A program made the translations under genes and the position numbers. A DNA stretch of 56,853 bases, from positions 1 to 56,853 of IMG/VR virus record IMGVR_UViG_3300034524_000079; one strand, written 5' to 3'. Numbering within the stretch: position 1 is the stretch's first letter; the number at the start of each line of letters is the position of its first letter. The DNA is from a virus (taxonomy: Duplodnaviria; Caudoviricetes). Shown here piece by piece: positions 8,760 through 17,332 of this stretch. The notes below the pieces were generated by a model, which was not told the origin of the DNA, made no database searches, and saw only the letters and a program-made list of their open reading frames with translations.

Positions 8760-10272
8760 CGAGTTAACTTTCGGAGTTCTTCACCTTTTCGCCGGTATCG
8801 GCGGGGCGGCTTTGGGGATGCAGGAAGCTACCACTGAGTACCGGGGTGTGAACGGGAACTTCGTCACTCTGGCAGGCATTGATTGTGACCTGGAGGCCTG
8901 TGACGATTTCGAGAAGCTGACCGGGGCCCCGGCGGTGAACATGGACCTGTTCTCCCGGGAGGATTACACGGCATTCCACGGCGAGGAGCCGCCGCAGGGG
9001 TGGCGGGAGGCTGTTCCGGGCGATATACGGGAAGCAACGCAGGGCATTTACCCGGACGCTATATTTCTTTCGCCGCCCTGTAAGGGCTTTTCGGGGCTGC
9101 TGCCCACCAAGAGCGCAAAGAGCGACAAGTACCAGGCTCTGAACAGGCTAACTGTGCGCGGGCTGTGGCTGTCCCTGGAGGCTTTCCGGGACAACCCGCC
9201 CGGGATAATCCTCCTGGAGAACGTGCCGCGCATTACTACCCGGGGCGCGGAGCTGCTGCGGCAGATAAAGGCGCTGCTTGCCGGATACGGGTACGTGTTT
9301 CATGAGGGAAGTCACGACTGCGGGGAGATAGGCGGCCTGGGCCAGCACCGGAGACGGTACCTGTTAATAGCCAGGTTACCGGATAAAATACCCAACTTTG
9401 TTTATAAGCCACCGGAGCTAAGGGTAAAGTCAATTGGTGAGATTGTCGGGCCGTTACCATTGCCGGACAATCAAAACGCAGGGCCTATGCACAGGATGCC
9501 AAGGCTCCAGTGGAAAACTTGGGTGCGGTTGGCGCTCATTCCTGCTGGCGGTGATTGGCGGGATTTAGAGAAGATAGCGCCGGAGCAATATTGCCTGCAG
9601 CATATACCGCGGAAATCTACCCTTGGCGTAAGCCCGTGGGATAAGCCCGGTCCAACCGTGATAGGACATGCCAGAGTTGGCGGCAGTCAAGCATCGGCAA
9701 TATCAGACCCAAGGCTTTCAGAAAGAGATAACCGTCACCCGGGAGTTTACCGGGTAGTAAGGTTTAATGAACCAGGCCCATGCGTTACAGGTACACGGTT
9801 CGGGTCCGGAGCTCCGGCCATAGCTGACCCAAGACTAGGTTGCAAATGCAGAAACGGTCTTTATGGCGTTCTGGACTGGGATAAGCCAAGCTGCACTGTT
9901 ACCGGGGCCCGGAACCTTCACAGCGGAACCGCGGCGGTGGCAGATCCACGGGTACCAAAAGATACTGAGCAGGGCGTGTGGATCATAATAGCCGAGGATG
10001 GGGCATGGCACAGGCCGCTGACGACATTAGAGCTTGCGGCACTACAAGGGTTTCCTACGGTGATGGATGATGGTTCGCCGTTAGTGCTGACCGGGAAATC
10101 GGATGCACGATGGCGAGAAAGGATCGGGAATGCGGTACCGCCGCCGGCGGCAAAGGCGATTGGGGAGCAGGTATTAAGGACGCTTTTACTGAGTGCATGT
10201 GATGGCTGGGAGTTAAGCGCAACACCTATATGGGTGGTGCCGGAGTTGCCAGCTGAGGCGGTGAAGCAATGA
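8749..10272 (+). CDS. C5 DNA cytosine methyltransferase
   Basis: Motif I LFAGIGG, catalytic SPPCKGFS, ENV, QHRRR and motif X IGNAV. Confidence 0.92.
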   Translation: MRANELTFGVLHLFAGIGGAALGMQEATTEYRGVNGNFVTLAGIDCDLEACDDFEKLTGAPAVNMDLFSREDYTAFHGEEPPQGWREAVPGDIREATQGIYPDAIFLSPPCKGFSGLLPTKSAKSDKYQALNRLTVRGLWLSLEAFRDNPPGIILLENVPRITTRGAELLRQIKALLAGYGYVFHEGSHDCGEIGGLGQHRRRYLLIARLPDKIPNFVYKPPELRVKSIGEIVGPLPLPDNQNAGPMHRMPRLQWKTWVRLALIPAGGDWRDLEKIAPEQYCLQHIPRKSTLGVSPWDKPGPTVIGHARVGGSQASAISDPRLSERDNRHPGVYRVVRFNEPGPCVTGTRFGSGAPAIADPRLGCKCRNGLYGVLDWDKPSCTVTGARNLHSGTAAVADPRVPKDTEQGVWIIIAEDGAWHRPLTTLELAALQGFPTVMDDGSPLVLTGKSDARWRERIGNAVPPPAAKAIGEQVLRTLLLSACDGWELSATPIWVVPELPAEAVKQ

Positions 10273-11366
10273 GCGCAATAACAGGACCGGTTTTGAAATA
10301 CCCTGGTAGTAAGTGGCGCATGGCGAATTGGATAATTAACCATATGCCTCCGCATTCCACATACTTGGAACCCTTTGCCGGTTCCCTGGCGGTCTTCTTT
10401 AATAAAACACCGTGCACCGTGGAAACAATTAACGACTTAGACGGTAATATTATCAATTTTTTCAAAGTGCTAAGGGAAAGGCCGCAGGAACTGGCGGAGC
10501 TGGTCAGCTTTACACCCTGGTCCCGGAAGGAATATGAAAGCCTTTTAACCACAGCCAGTGACCCGGATTACTTTGTTAGAACCGGGGATGAGTTGGAAGA
10601 TGCCAGGCGATTATTGATTCGTATGTGGATGGGTAGGGGCAGTAAAACAAGTGACCGGTCAAGCTGGAGGCATAATATACAGGCACCGGGGAGTACCACT
10701 TCAAGGCAGTGGAAGTATTTACCCAGGAACCTGCTACTGGCTGCCGAGAGGCTAAAGGATGCACAAATTGAGTGCCAGCCGGCAGTTAAGCTGATTAAGC
10801 GTTACAAGTTTCCGGACGTGTTGATATATGCAGACCCGCCTTACCCGCTAGTAACCAGGTCGAAACGAATTTACAAGCACGAAATGGACGATAGCGACCA
10901 TCTGGAACTATTGGATACACTGGATGAACACCCGGGCCCGGTATTACTTAGCGGTTACGTTTGCCAGTTATATGATGAGCGGCTGCATCACTGGGAGAGA
11001 AAAACCGCCCAGGCATGGGCCGAGGGCGGAGCACAAAGAGAAGAAGTGTTATGGCTTAATCCGGTGGCCGCCCGGGAGATTGGGAAGAATTCGTTATTCT
11101 GGGGGGATGATGCCGTGAGGACGGTTGATGTTATATACGAAAATTTACGCCGGGAGCAGGATATGCTTATTCAGATGGACAGGCGGGATCCGAATACTTA
11201 CCAACAATCGTGCGTAGTGGATAAGCTTATAAATGAGTATTATGCGGCTTTGAAGCGGGAGGGGCACAGCTTTTGCGGTGGCCCGGAGGAATGCTATGAG
11301 AGGCAGAGGGAACGGCATGAGATGATGAGCAAAAAGCTGGATGAGTATTTAAACACTACCATTTAA
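10269..11366 (+). CDS. D12-class DNA adenine methyltransferase with an in-frame C-terminal Spo0E-like extension
   Basis: KYPGSK, EPFAGS, DPPY and EVLWLN motifs; extension begins at GTG 11115. Confidence 0.88.
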   Translation: MSAITGPVLKYPGSKWRMANWIINHMPPHSTYLEPFAGSLAVFFNKTPCTVETINDLDGNIINFFKVLRERPQELAELVSFTPWSRKEYESLLTTASDPDYFVRTGDELEDARRLLIRMWMGRGSKTSDRSSWRHNIQAPGSTTSRQWKYLPRNLLLAAERLKDAQIECQPAVKLIKRYKFPDVLIYADPPYPLVTRSKRIYKHEMDDSDHLELLDTLDEHPGPVLLSGYVCQLYDERLHHWERKTAQAWAEGGAQREEVLWLNPVAAREIGKNSLFWGDDAVRTVDVIYENLRREQDMLIQMDRRDPNTYQQSCVVDKLINEYYAALKREGHSFCGGPEECYERQRERHEMMSKKLDEYLNTTI

Positions 11367-11381
11367 CTGGGAGGGCCAGGC

Positions 11382-12350
11382 GTGAGTAAAACTACACAGG
11401 CCGATATACCACAAAAAATAGATATGGATGATGGATATTTCCCCCTGGCCCAAACGGCCCTTTTAACACTCTCCAAGACTAAGTTATCAGGGGCCCAGCG
11501 GGCTATTATAGACGTTGTATTTACACAGACCTATGGATATTACAACGAGACAAGCCAGTACCAGGACAAGGCCAAGAAGCGTTTTACCAGGGCACAGATT
11601 TCCTATGACTTCTTTATGCAGCACACCTGGATGGGGAAGCAGGAAGTAAGCAGGGCAGTTAATCAGCTGGTAAAGTGGGGTATTCTTGGCCGAGATAAAA
11701 ACACAACACCATATACATATTGGTTCGTAGTACATACAGACAAGTGGGCCCCGGAGTGTTGGAGAGTTAGCAGGATAGCTAACAGTAAGCAGGATAGCGA
11801 ACAGTCAACAGGACAGCTAACAAAGAGTTCGCAGGATAGCGAACAAGGTGTTAGCAGGATAGCTAACAGTTCGCAAGTCTCAGCCCAGGATTCCCAAGGC
11901 TCGGCGGGGTCCCTAAATAAAAGTATAAATAAAAGAGAAATAAAAGATCATGTTGTTGATGATAATAACGCGCGTGCGCGCGAAGCAAACAATATACCAC
12001 TCACCTTACAGCAAGAATTTGGCAGGCCGGTTAGCTCATCCGAAATCGAGATACTTAACCACTATGCTAACCAGGGAATGCAGGAACCAGTTATTTGTGA
12101 GGCCGTGAAACGTGCTAAATTACACGGTTCCCCAAAGGTGTCATACGTTGAGGGCATTTTAAAGAACTGGCTTGCCGAAGGTGTTTACGACATGGCAGGC
12201 GTTGAACGTGTTGACCGCGAGTTTGAGGCTAAAAAGAACAAAAAGGGGGTAAAGATACGTGGACCCGATAACGCAAGCACTGGAAAGCATGAGGCAAAGC
12301 CAAAAAAATCGAAGTACGAGGGACTTGTCCCAAAGGTCGGAGGCGGTTGA
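11382..12350 (+). CDS. Replication initiator (lambda O-like N-terminus, DnaD-like C-terminus)
   Basis: VFTQTYGY winged-helix region, YVEGILKNW DnaD motif, internal iterons; lies upstream of a DnaC-like gene. Confidence 0.85.
   Translation: MSKTTQADIPQKIDMDDGYFPLAQTALLTLSKTKLSGAQRAIIDVVFTQTYGYYNETSQYQDKAKKRFTRAQISYDFFMQHTWMGKQEVSRAVNQLVKWGILGRDKNTTPYTYWFVVHTDKWAPECWRVSRIANSKQDSEQSTGQLTKSSQDSEQGVSRIANSSQVSAQDSQGSAGSLNKSINKREIKDHVVDDNNARAREANNIPLTLQQEFGRPVSSSEIEILNHYANQGMQEPVICEAVKRAKLHGSPKVSYVEGILKNWLAEGVYDMAGVERVDREFEAKKNKKGVKIRGPDNASTGKHEAKPKKSKYEGLVPKVGGG
11766..11947. repeat. Replication origin: five 18-bp iterons plus an AT-rich tract
   Basis: GTTMGCAGGATAGCKAAC-like copies at 11766, 11785, 11804, 11827 and 11850 (partial at 11869), followed by an A-rich tract at about 11914-11947. 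Confidence 0.8.
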
Positions 12351-13014
12351 GTGTCCTGAGTGCCAGGACAGGGAGTTTATCATCCGGGGAAATACTGCAA
12401 TCCCTTGCAAGTGCCGGGAAATGAAAACCATACGCAGGCTTATTAAGAGTTCTGGCATTACCGAGGAGCAGAGGAAAATTACGTTTGATAAGCTCGACCC
12501 AAAGCGCTCAAATAGCCAGATGTACTGGATGGCAAAGCAATACCTGGATGAATTTCACGACATAGCTGCCATGGATACCGAAGCCAAGGGAATAGGCTTT
12601 GCCGGCTCTGTGGGGACAGGTAAGACAACCCTGCTTATTGCCGTGGCTAACGGGTTGATTGTTCAACAAATACCGGTGCTTTTTGTTAACACCTCAGACC
12701 TGGTTGCTGAGCTCTACGATGCCCAGTGGGGCCGCGATGAGGAAACGCTGAACACTAAAATACACAAGGTCAGCACGGCAAAACTGGTTATCTTTGACGA
12801 TGTGGGCAAAGAGAAAATCACCGACTGGGTGAGGGCCCAGTATTATCGGATTATTAACCACCGGTACGCAAACAGGCTGCCTACCTGCTTTACAAGCAAT
12901 CTTAACTTTGACGAAATTGCAGACCAGGTAGGAGACGCAACTGCAAGCCGGTTGTATGCTTTGACTAAGGGTTGGCAGATACACATTGATGCCGAGGATT
13001 ACCGGCTGGTGTAG
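12259..13014 (+). CDS. DnaC/IstB-like helicase loader ATPase
   Basis: N-terminal CPEC...CKC, Walker A GSVGTGKT, Walker B LVIFDD, TSN, DYR. Confidence 0.88.
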   Translation: MDPITQALESMRQSQKNRSTRDLSQRSEAVECPECQDREFIIRGNTAIPCKCREMKTIRRLIKSSGITEEQRKITFDKLDPKRSNSQMYWMAKQYLDEFHDIAAMDTEAKGIGFAGSVGTGKTTLLIAVANGLIVQQIPVLFVNTSDLVAELYDAQWGRDEETLNTKIHKVSTAKLVIFDDVGKEKITDWVRAQYYRIINHRYANRLPTCFTSNLNFDEIADQVGDATASRLYALTKGWQIHIDAEDYRLV

Positions 13015-13139
13015 CAAAACAAACAAACTCTTTTTGGGAGGGTTTTCCATGGTCTGCTATTCATGCCGCTGCTGCCCGTGGCACTTTACGGATCAGTGCC
13101 CGGGCCTGGCGGAGTGGTCGAGAGAGGGGTGTATTAAGC

Positions 13140-13571
13140 GTGGATAAAATAGAACAGGCTGCAAGAGTGGCTTTTAAAACTAATCATGACGTTAACTCGA
13201 TATTAGAAATTCTGGAAGCCGCCGAACATTTTGAGTTATTGGCAGAGCGAAATAAGATCTGTGCCACCATAAACGTGATGGTAGAAGCATTAAAATCCTT
13301 GCGAGACGGGCCATATATCTTTCACCCTGATTACTGCAAAATGATCGAGGAAGCATTGGCCGGTTCCGCCGTTAGGGATGAAGCCGATCGCATCCGAAAA
13401 CTGGAGGACATTGCCAAAGCGGCGCGGGAATATATCAACTCTCTAAACATGAGCAGGTGTATATCACCGCAGGAGATTGCTTTGGTTAGGGCCCTGGCCG
13501 AGTTAGAAAGAGCAGTTGAAAAGGGTGGTGTCGCCAATGCGAATAAAAAAAAGTTAAGCTCACCAAATTAG
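13140..13571 (+). CDS. Hypothetical protein
   Basis: ORF with GAGGGG RBS. Confidence 0.6.
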   Translation: MDKIEQAARVAFKTNHDVNSILEILEAAEHFELLAERNKICATINVMVEALKSLRDGPYIFHPDYCKMIEEALAGSAVRDEADRIRKLEDIAKAAREYINSLNMSRCISPQEIALVRALAELERAVEKGGVANANKKKLSSPN

Positions 13572-13579
13572 AAAAAATC

Positions 13580-14017
13580 ATGATGGTCTACGAAAAACAG
13601 AGCAATATGGGCGTTTGGGATGAATACTCCCTTAGTTGTTCCGAGGCTGCCAAGCCATCATTCTACGAAGCACTTGAAAAGCTGGCCGCGCATGTCGTTG
13701 AGATGTGCGAACTGCCGGAGGAATACGAAGACAGGATCAAGGTGAAAGGCGTTTCCTTCAGCTACGGCGGCGAGAATGAGGTTATGGGGGCCACAATCAG
13801 CGCACAAATGGAGCTTGAAAACTCATACCAGAATCTTAACATCAACACCCCACATAAAGCCTCTGACATGTACGCTCCAAACGCTGAGCCGGATGAAATG
13901 CAGTTACTGACCAGTGACTGTATTGAGGACCTGGAAAAGCTGCAGGATGAATGTAGAGCCTATATCAAAGGCGACCGGGCGCAAGGTAGGTTGCAGTTTG
14001 AGGAGATGGCGTCCTGA
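13580..14017 (+). CDS. Hypothetical acidic protein (natural start may be 13537, out of frame at an A8 run)
   Basis: Long open frame; see the frameshift finding. Confidence 0.65.
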   Translation: MMVYEKQSNMGVWDEYSLSCSEAAKPSFYEALEKLAAHVVEMCELPEEYEDRIKVKGVSFSYGGENEVMGATISAQMELENSYQNLNINTPHKASDMYAPNAEPDEMQLLTSDCIEDLEKLQDECRAYIKGDRAQGRLQFEEMAS

Positions 14018-14077
14018 TCTACTGCGGCCAGTTAGGCCAGAAGAGTTGGTATCTTAAAATCCAGGGAGGCGGTACCT

Positions 14078-14869
14078 TTGAGCAAAACACAAAACACAAG
14101 CCTGCGCAAATCAAAGATGGGGTGCCGCCTGCCCCATGAAAGCCATGACGTGGGAGACGGGTATACTGCACCAAGCCCGGTGAAAAAATATCGACTTAGC
14201 CCGGAAGAGTTAGCTAAGTATGGCCCGATAAAGAAAGTTGAGCACCGCCGACAATTACTGACACGTGATGTACTGGTTGAAAAATTAAAAACACTGACCG
14301 TGGGTCAGGTGGCCCAGCGTCATAACATACCTGCGGTAATGGTTTTTAAGCTGGTTGAAAAGTATGGTTTGGAGCTGGACAAGAAAAACCGGTTGAAGGA
14401 GGGTGAAAGCATGGAAAATGTTGATAAATCTTTACGCAAAAATGAATTCGAGCCTTATGAGCCCAAGAAGACCCGCCTGGAAATCGCCCGGGAAAAGATT
14501 GACTTGGAGAAATATAAGAACCTAAAAGCGCAAGGGAAAACCGACAAGGATATGTATGAGGAGCTAGACATACCGGTGGATGTGTTTTACACACTCAAAA
14601 AAGAGTGGGGGATTGCTCAGACAATAGCCAAAAGTAAGCCTGATCCCAAAAACGATAAGGCTGCCGGTAAAAAGATGACGATCTCTAAGGCTATGGAGTT
14701 GCGAGAGGAATTGTGCGCTGATAGGTCTTGCATTGCGGATATTATGGATCCGGGAAAATTGGAAATATCACCAAAAGTGCGGGAACTGTTAAGTAATCAT
14801 TACGAAAAGTGCGGGGAGAGGTTGGAGCGGATCGACAAAGTTTTCGACTCCACGGAAATTGAGGTGTGA
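14078..14869 (+). CDS. Hypothetical protein with HTH-like segments (internal RBS and ATG at 14411)
   Basis: GGGAGG RBS; TVGQVAQRHNIP and TDKDMYEELDI HTH-like stretches. Confidence 0.6.
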   Translation: MSKTQNTSLRKSKMGCRLPHESHDVGDGYTAPSPVKKYRLSPEELAKYGPIKKVEHRRQLLTRDVLVEKLKTLTVGQVAQRHNIPAVMVFKLVEKYGLELDKKNRLKEGESMENVDKSLRKNEFEPYEPKKTRLEIAREKIDLEKYKNLKAQGKTDKDMYEELDIPVDVFYTLKKEWGIAQTIAKSKPDPKNDKAAGKKMTISKAMELREELCADRSCIADIMDPGKLEISPKVRELLSNHYEKCGERLERIDKVFDSTEIEV

Positions 14870-15138
14870 GTATGAACCTTAGCTTTAATTTTAACCCGGT
14901 GGATACCGTAGCGATTTACGCTGATGATCCGGAATACCAGATCGGCAAAAAGGCAGTTAAAGGCGATTATCGGCTTACTGAGCGGCAGGAGCAGGTAAAG
15001 AATATGTTTTTACACCTGGTTAGCGTGGTGCGGAGAAAAGAATTGCCGGTGAACATTGATCGGCTTCTGGACGCCACCAGGGATTATGTTCAAGAACGGA
15101 GGCTGGAGGAATATGAGTGGACTCGGAGGGTTGGCTAA
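14866..15138 (+). CDS. Hypothetical protein directly upstream of and overlapping the Tas-like gene
   Basis: Overlaps both neighbours, implying operon coupling. Confidence 0.6.
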   Translation: MSMNLSFNFNPVDTVAIYADDPEYQIGKKAVKGDYRLTERQEQVKNMFLHLVSVVRRKELPVNIDRLLDATRDYVQERRLEEYEWTRRVG

Positions 15139-15916
15139 GGTTTACCAGGATATCCAGGGGCTCAGAGTAGCCCTTGGAAACAAAACCTGGAGCGCGGAAA
15201 ATGCGGACGGCCGGGCAGTGCCGGCGATATATGAAACAATGATTGCCCAATTAAAAGAAATGGAAGCCGGCCTTGTTAAAGAGGCAAAACAGTACCTTAA
15301 AGAGCACCCAGCATGGATGGGATTTGGTAAAGACGTAAAGGGACTGGGCCCAACGCTGGGCGCTCAACTGATCGGGTACATCGAAGATATCGGGCGCTTT
15401 GATACCGTGAGTAAGCTCTGGAAATACTGCGGCCTGGCCTGTGTGGACGGAAAGGCCGACAGGATGAGGAAGGGGCAGAAGGCGAGCTATAATCCGAAGA
15501 TCAAGAGCCTGCTTTACAACATTGGGTGTAGCTTTATCAAGACCAAGAGTCCGTACCGGCGTATCTATGACGATAAAAAGCAATACTACCGGCAAGTAAA
15601 GCAGGACCCGCAGATCATGGCAGTAACCGGTGACAATGCCGGGATAATAAACAATATTCGACAGGATAAAAAAGAGTGGCCCAGGTATCTCGCGACCGCC
15701 ATCAAGGAAGCCAAAAAGCAAGGAAAACAAAAACCCTGGACGGACAATCACGTTCACATGGCAGCCCTCAGGAAGATGGAAAAGATATTCCTTGCCCACC
15801 TCTGGGAGCAGTGGAGAATTGCCGAGGGTTTGCCAACCAGGCGGGAGTACGTGTTTGATTGCCTCGGACATACAAGTAGGTACGAAGCCAAAGATTTTAA
15901 AAAGCAAGCCAGTTAG
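15113..15916 (+). CDS. tasA: TasA-like RNA-binding protein (IS110 C-terminal/Nop-like domain, no nuclease domain)
   Basis: GGAGGA RBS; coiled coil, then VKGLGPTLGAQLI...RFDTVSKLWKYCGL and H.HMAALRKMEKIFL. No N-terminal DEDD RuvC domain and no IS110 catalytic SG motif. A dual-repeat array follows directly. Confidence 0.78.
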   Translation: MSGLGGLAKVYQDIQGLRVALGNKTWSAENADGRAVPAIYETMIAQLKEMEAGLVKEAKQYLKEHPAWMGFGKDVKGLGPTLGAQLIGYIEDIGRFDTVSKLWKYCGLACVDGKADRMRKGQKASYNPKIKSLLYNIGCSFIKTKSPYRRIYDDKKQYYRQVKQDPQIMAVTGDNAGIINNIRQDKKEWPRYLATAIKEAKKQGKQKPWTDNHVHMAALRKMEKIFLAHLWEQWRIAEGLPTRREYVFDCLGHTSRYEAKDFKKQAS

Positions 15917-16343
15917 CCTTTAAAGATATGAGGACTTCTGTAAAATGCGAGCCTTACACGCCCTGAGGCCCACCTATCTTTGCGAGCCTTCGAAAAAATG
16001 AAACCTGAACAGTATTGCGAGCTGGAATTCAGATGATACCCTTCGGACCATGCGAGCTTATGGATATTTGAGGACTATATTAGTGTGCGAGCTGTGGATA
16101 CTTGTAAACTAAGTCTCTAATGCGAGCCGGAAATAAAACTTGAAATCGATACTACTTGCGAGCCCGGGTAAAAATAAGTATTGGATGCTTGTGCGAGCTT
16201 GGCAATATTTTTGATACAATAACAAACTGCGAGCTACCGTATTAGTGAGAACTTGGGAAGGCTGCGAGCTGCTGTGATTTCGAGATCTTATCATGAATGC
16301 GAGCCTAACTTCAATCGATGTGAATGTAAGAAATGTGCGAGAC
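15911..16343 (+). repeat. TIGR-like dual-repeat guide-RNA array (~12 units, ~35-nt period)
   Basis: TGCGAGC at 15946, 15981, 16016, 16051, 16086, 16121, 16157, 16192, 16228, 16263 and 16298; degenerate copies at 15911 and 16336. A second mid-unit TGANNNC-like repeat lies between unique ~10-nt segments. Confidence 0.85.
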
Positions 16344-16605
16344 CCGGCCACACAAACCACGAAAGGAGGATGCTCCGACGGAAGACGTATAAACGCTGTT
16401 CATGAGCTGGCCGGGTTTTATTTCTAATTACCCAAAATACTTGAAGGGAGGTGTCACCGCCTTCCTTCTCTCCCGATTTTTTGATTGGCGGAGGTTGGGC
16501 TTTATATCCTCCCGGTGAACCTTGTTACAAAGTGAAAATTAGGCCATACCGGAAGAGAAATATTTACGTTGTGCCACTAAAAGATATCATATCTATGACC
16601 GTGGG

Positions 16606-17097
16606 GTGGTAGTTGTGAACAGAATGAGCGTAGCGGAAGCGAGGGCAAAGGGGTATCTACCAGCAACGAAGGCCAAAAAACAAAAGTCGGTACCGGCAGT
16701 GACCACGGCCCGTTGGGATCTACAGACCCAGGACGACTACTACATAATAACAATCCCGGAACAGCTGCCGAGTCTGAATGTCTGGAATAAGTGGCACTGG
16801 AGTACCAAAAGCCAACTGCTCAACTATCTGGCTAACTCTATAGGCTGGCTGGTGAACGCGAAAAGGGTTCCCTGCCTCCAGCGGCCGCAGGTGAAAGTGG
16901 TTTACTATTTCCGGACCAGGCGCAGGCGCGATAAGGACAATTATGCTCCCAAGTTTATTTTAGATGCGCTGAGGTATGCCAGGATAATCGCCGAAGATAA
17001 CGCGGAAGTATTGGAACTCCTGCCGGTGGAGTTTAAGGTTGATAAGGTTAGCCCCAGGGTGGAGGTTTGGGTGAAGGAGCGTAAGCCGGATGGATAA
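16606..17097 (+). CDS. rusA: RusA-like Holliday junction resolvase
   Basis: PSLN; RRRDKDNYAPKFILDAL...IIAEDN matches the RusA catalytic DxDN..K...DAL pattern. Confidence 0.78.
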   Translation: MVVVNRMSVAEARAKGYLPATKAKKQKSVPAVTTARWDLQTQDDYYIITIPEQLPSLNVWNKWHWSTKSQLLNYLANSIGWLVNAKRVPCLQRPQVKVVYYFRTRRRRDKDNYAPKFILDALRYARIIAEDNAEVLELLPVEFKVDKVSPRVEVWVKERKPDG

Positions 17098-17332
17098 AGT
17101 GAGTAGAGTTCTTTTAAGGCCAGTTGATACAACGGATTGGGCGGAGAGACCAAAGCTGTTCGTGGATATATTTGGCGGCTGGAATGCAATGGAATATATG
17201 GGCTGGGTAGAGCGGGGCAAGAAAAAATATTTGGATCAACTGAGTAAAAAGCGTGGCCACCGGATAGTGATCATTACAGACCAGGATGATTTTACCGAGT
17301 TTTTGAAGAGGGAGGCGAGCCCCGTGGGGTGA
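17090..17332 (+). CDS. Hypothetical protein
   Basis: AAGGAG RBS; overlaps the rusA stop. Confidence 0.55.
   Translation: MDKVSRVLLRPVDTTDWAERPKLFVDIFGGWNAMEYMGWVERGKKKYLDQLSKKRGHRIVIITDQDDFTEFLKREASPVG

Noticed and set aside
8749-11366. Restriction-modification system
   Set aside because: No adjacent restriction endonuclease is recognisable; the methyltransferases appear to be orphans.
15113-15916. Active IS110 insertion sequence
   Set aside because: No DEDD RuvC domain or catalytic SG motif; the gene is coupled into a phage operon and followed by a multi-unit array.
16059-16068. Self-targeting by spacer TATGGATATT (also seen at 11532 and 51046)
   Set aside because: The partner spacer does not match adjacent sequence at either site, and single 10-mer hits can arise by chance. 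A full search was not possible by eye.
15911-16343. CRISPR array
   Set aside because: Repeats are only 7-8 nt with a second internal repeat and ~10-nt spacers; no cas genes are present.
16109-16360. 83-aa minus-strand ORF over the array
   Set aside because: No recognisable motifs, and the 35-nt period does not fit a coding repeat.
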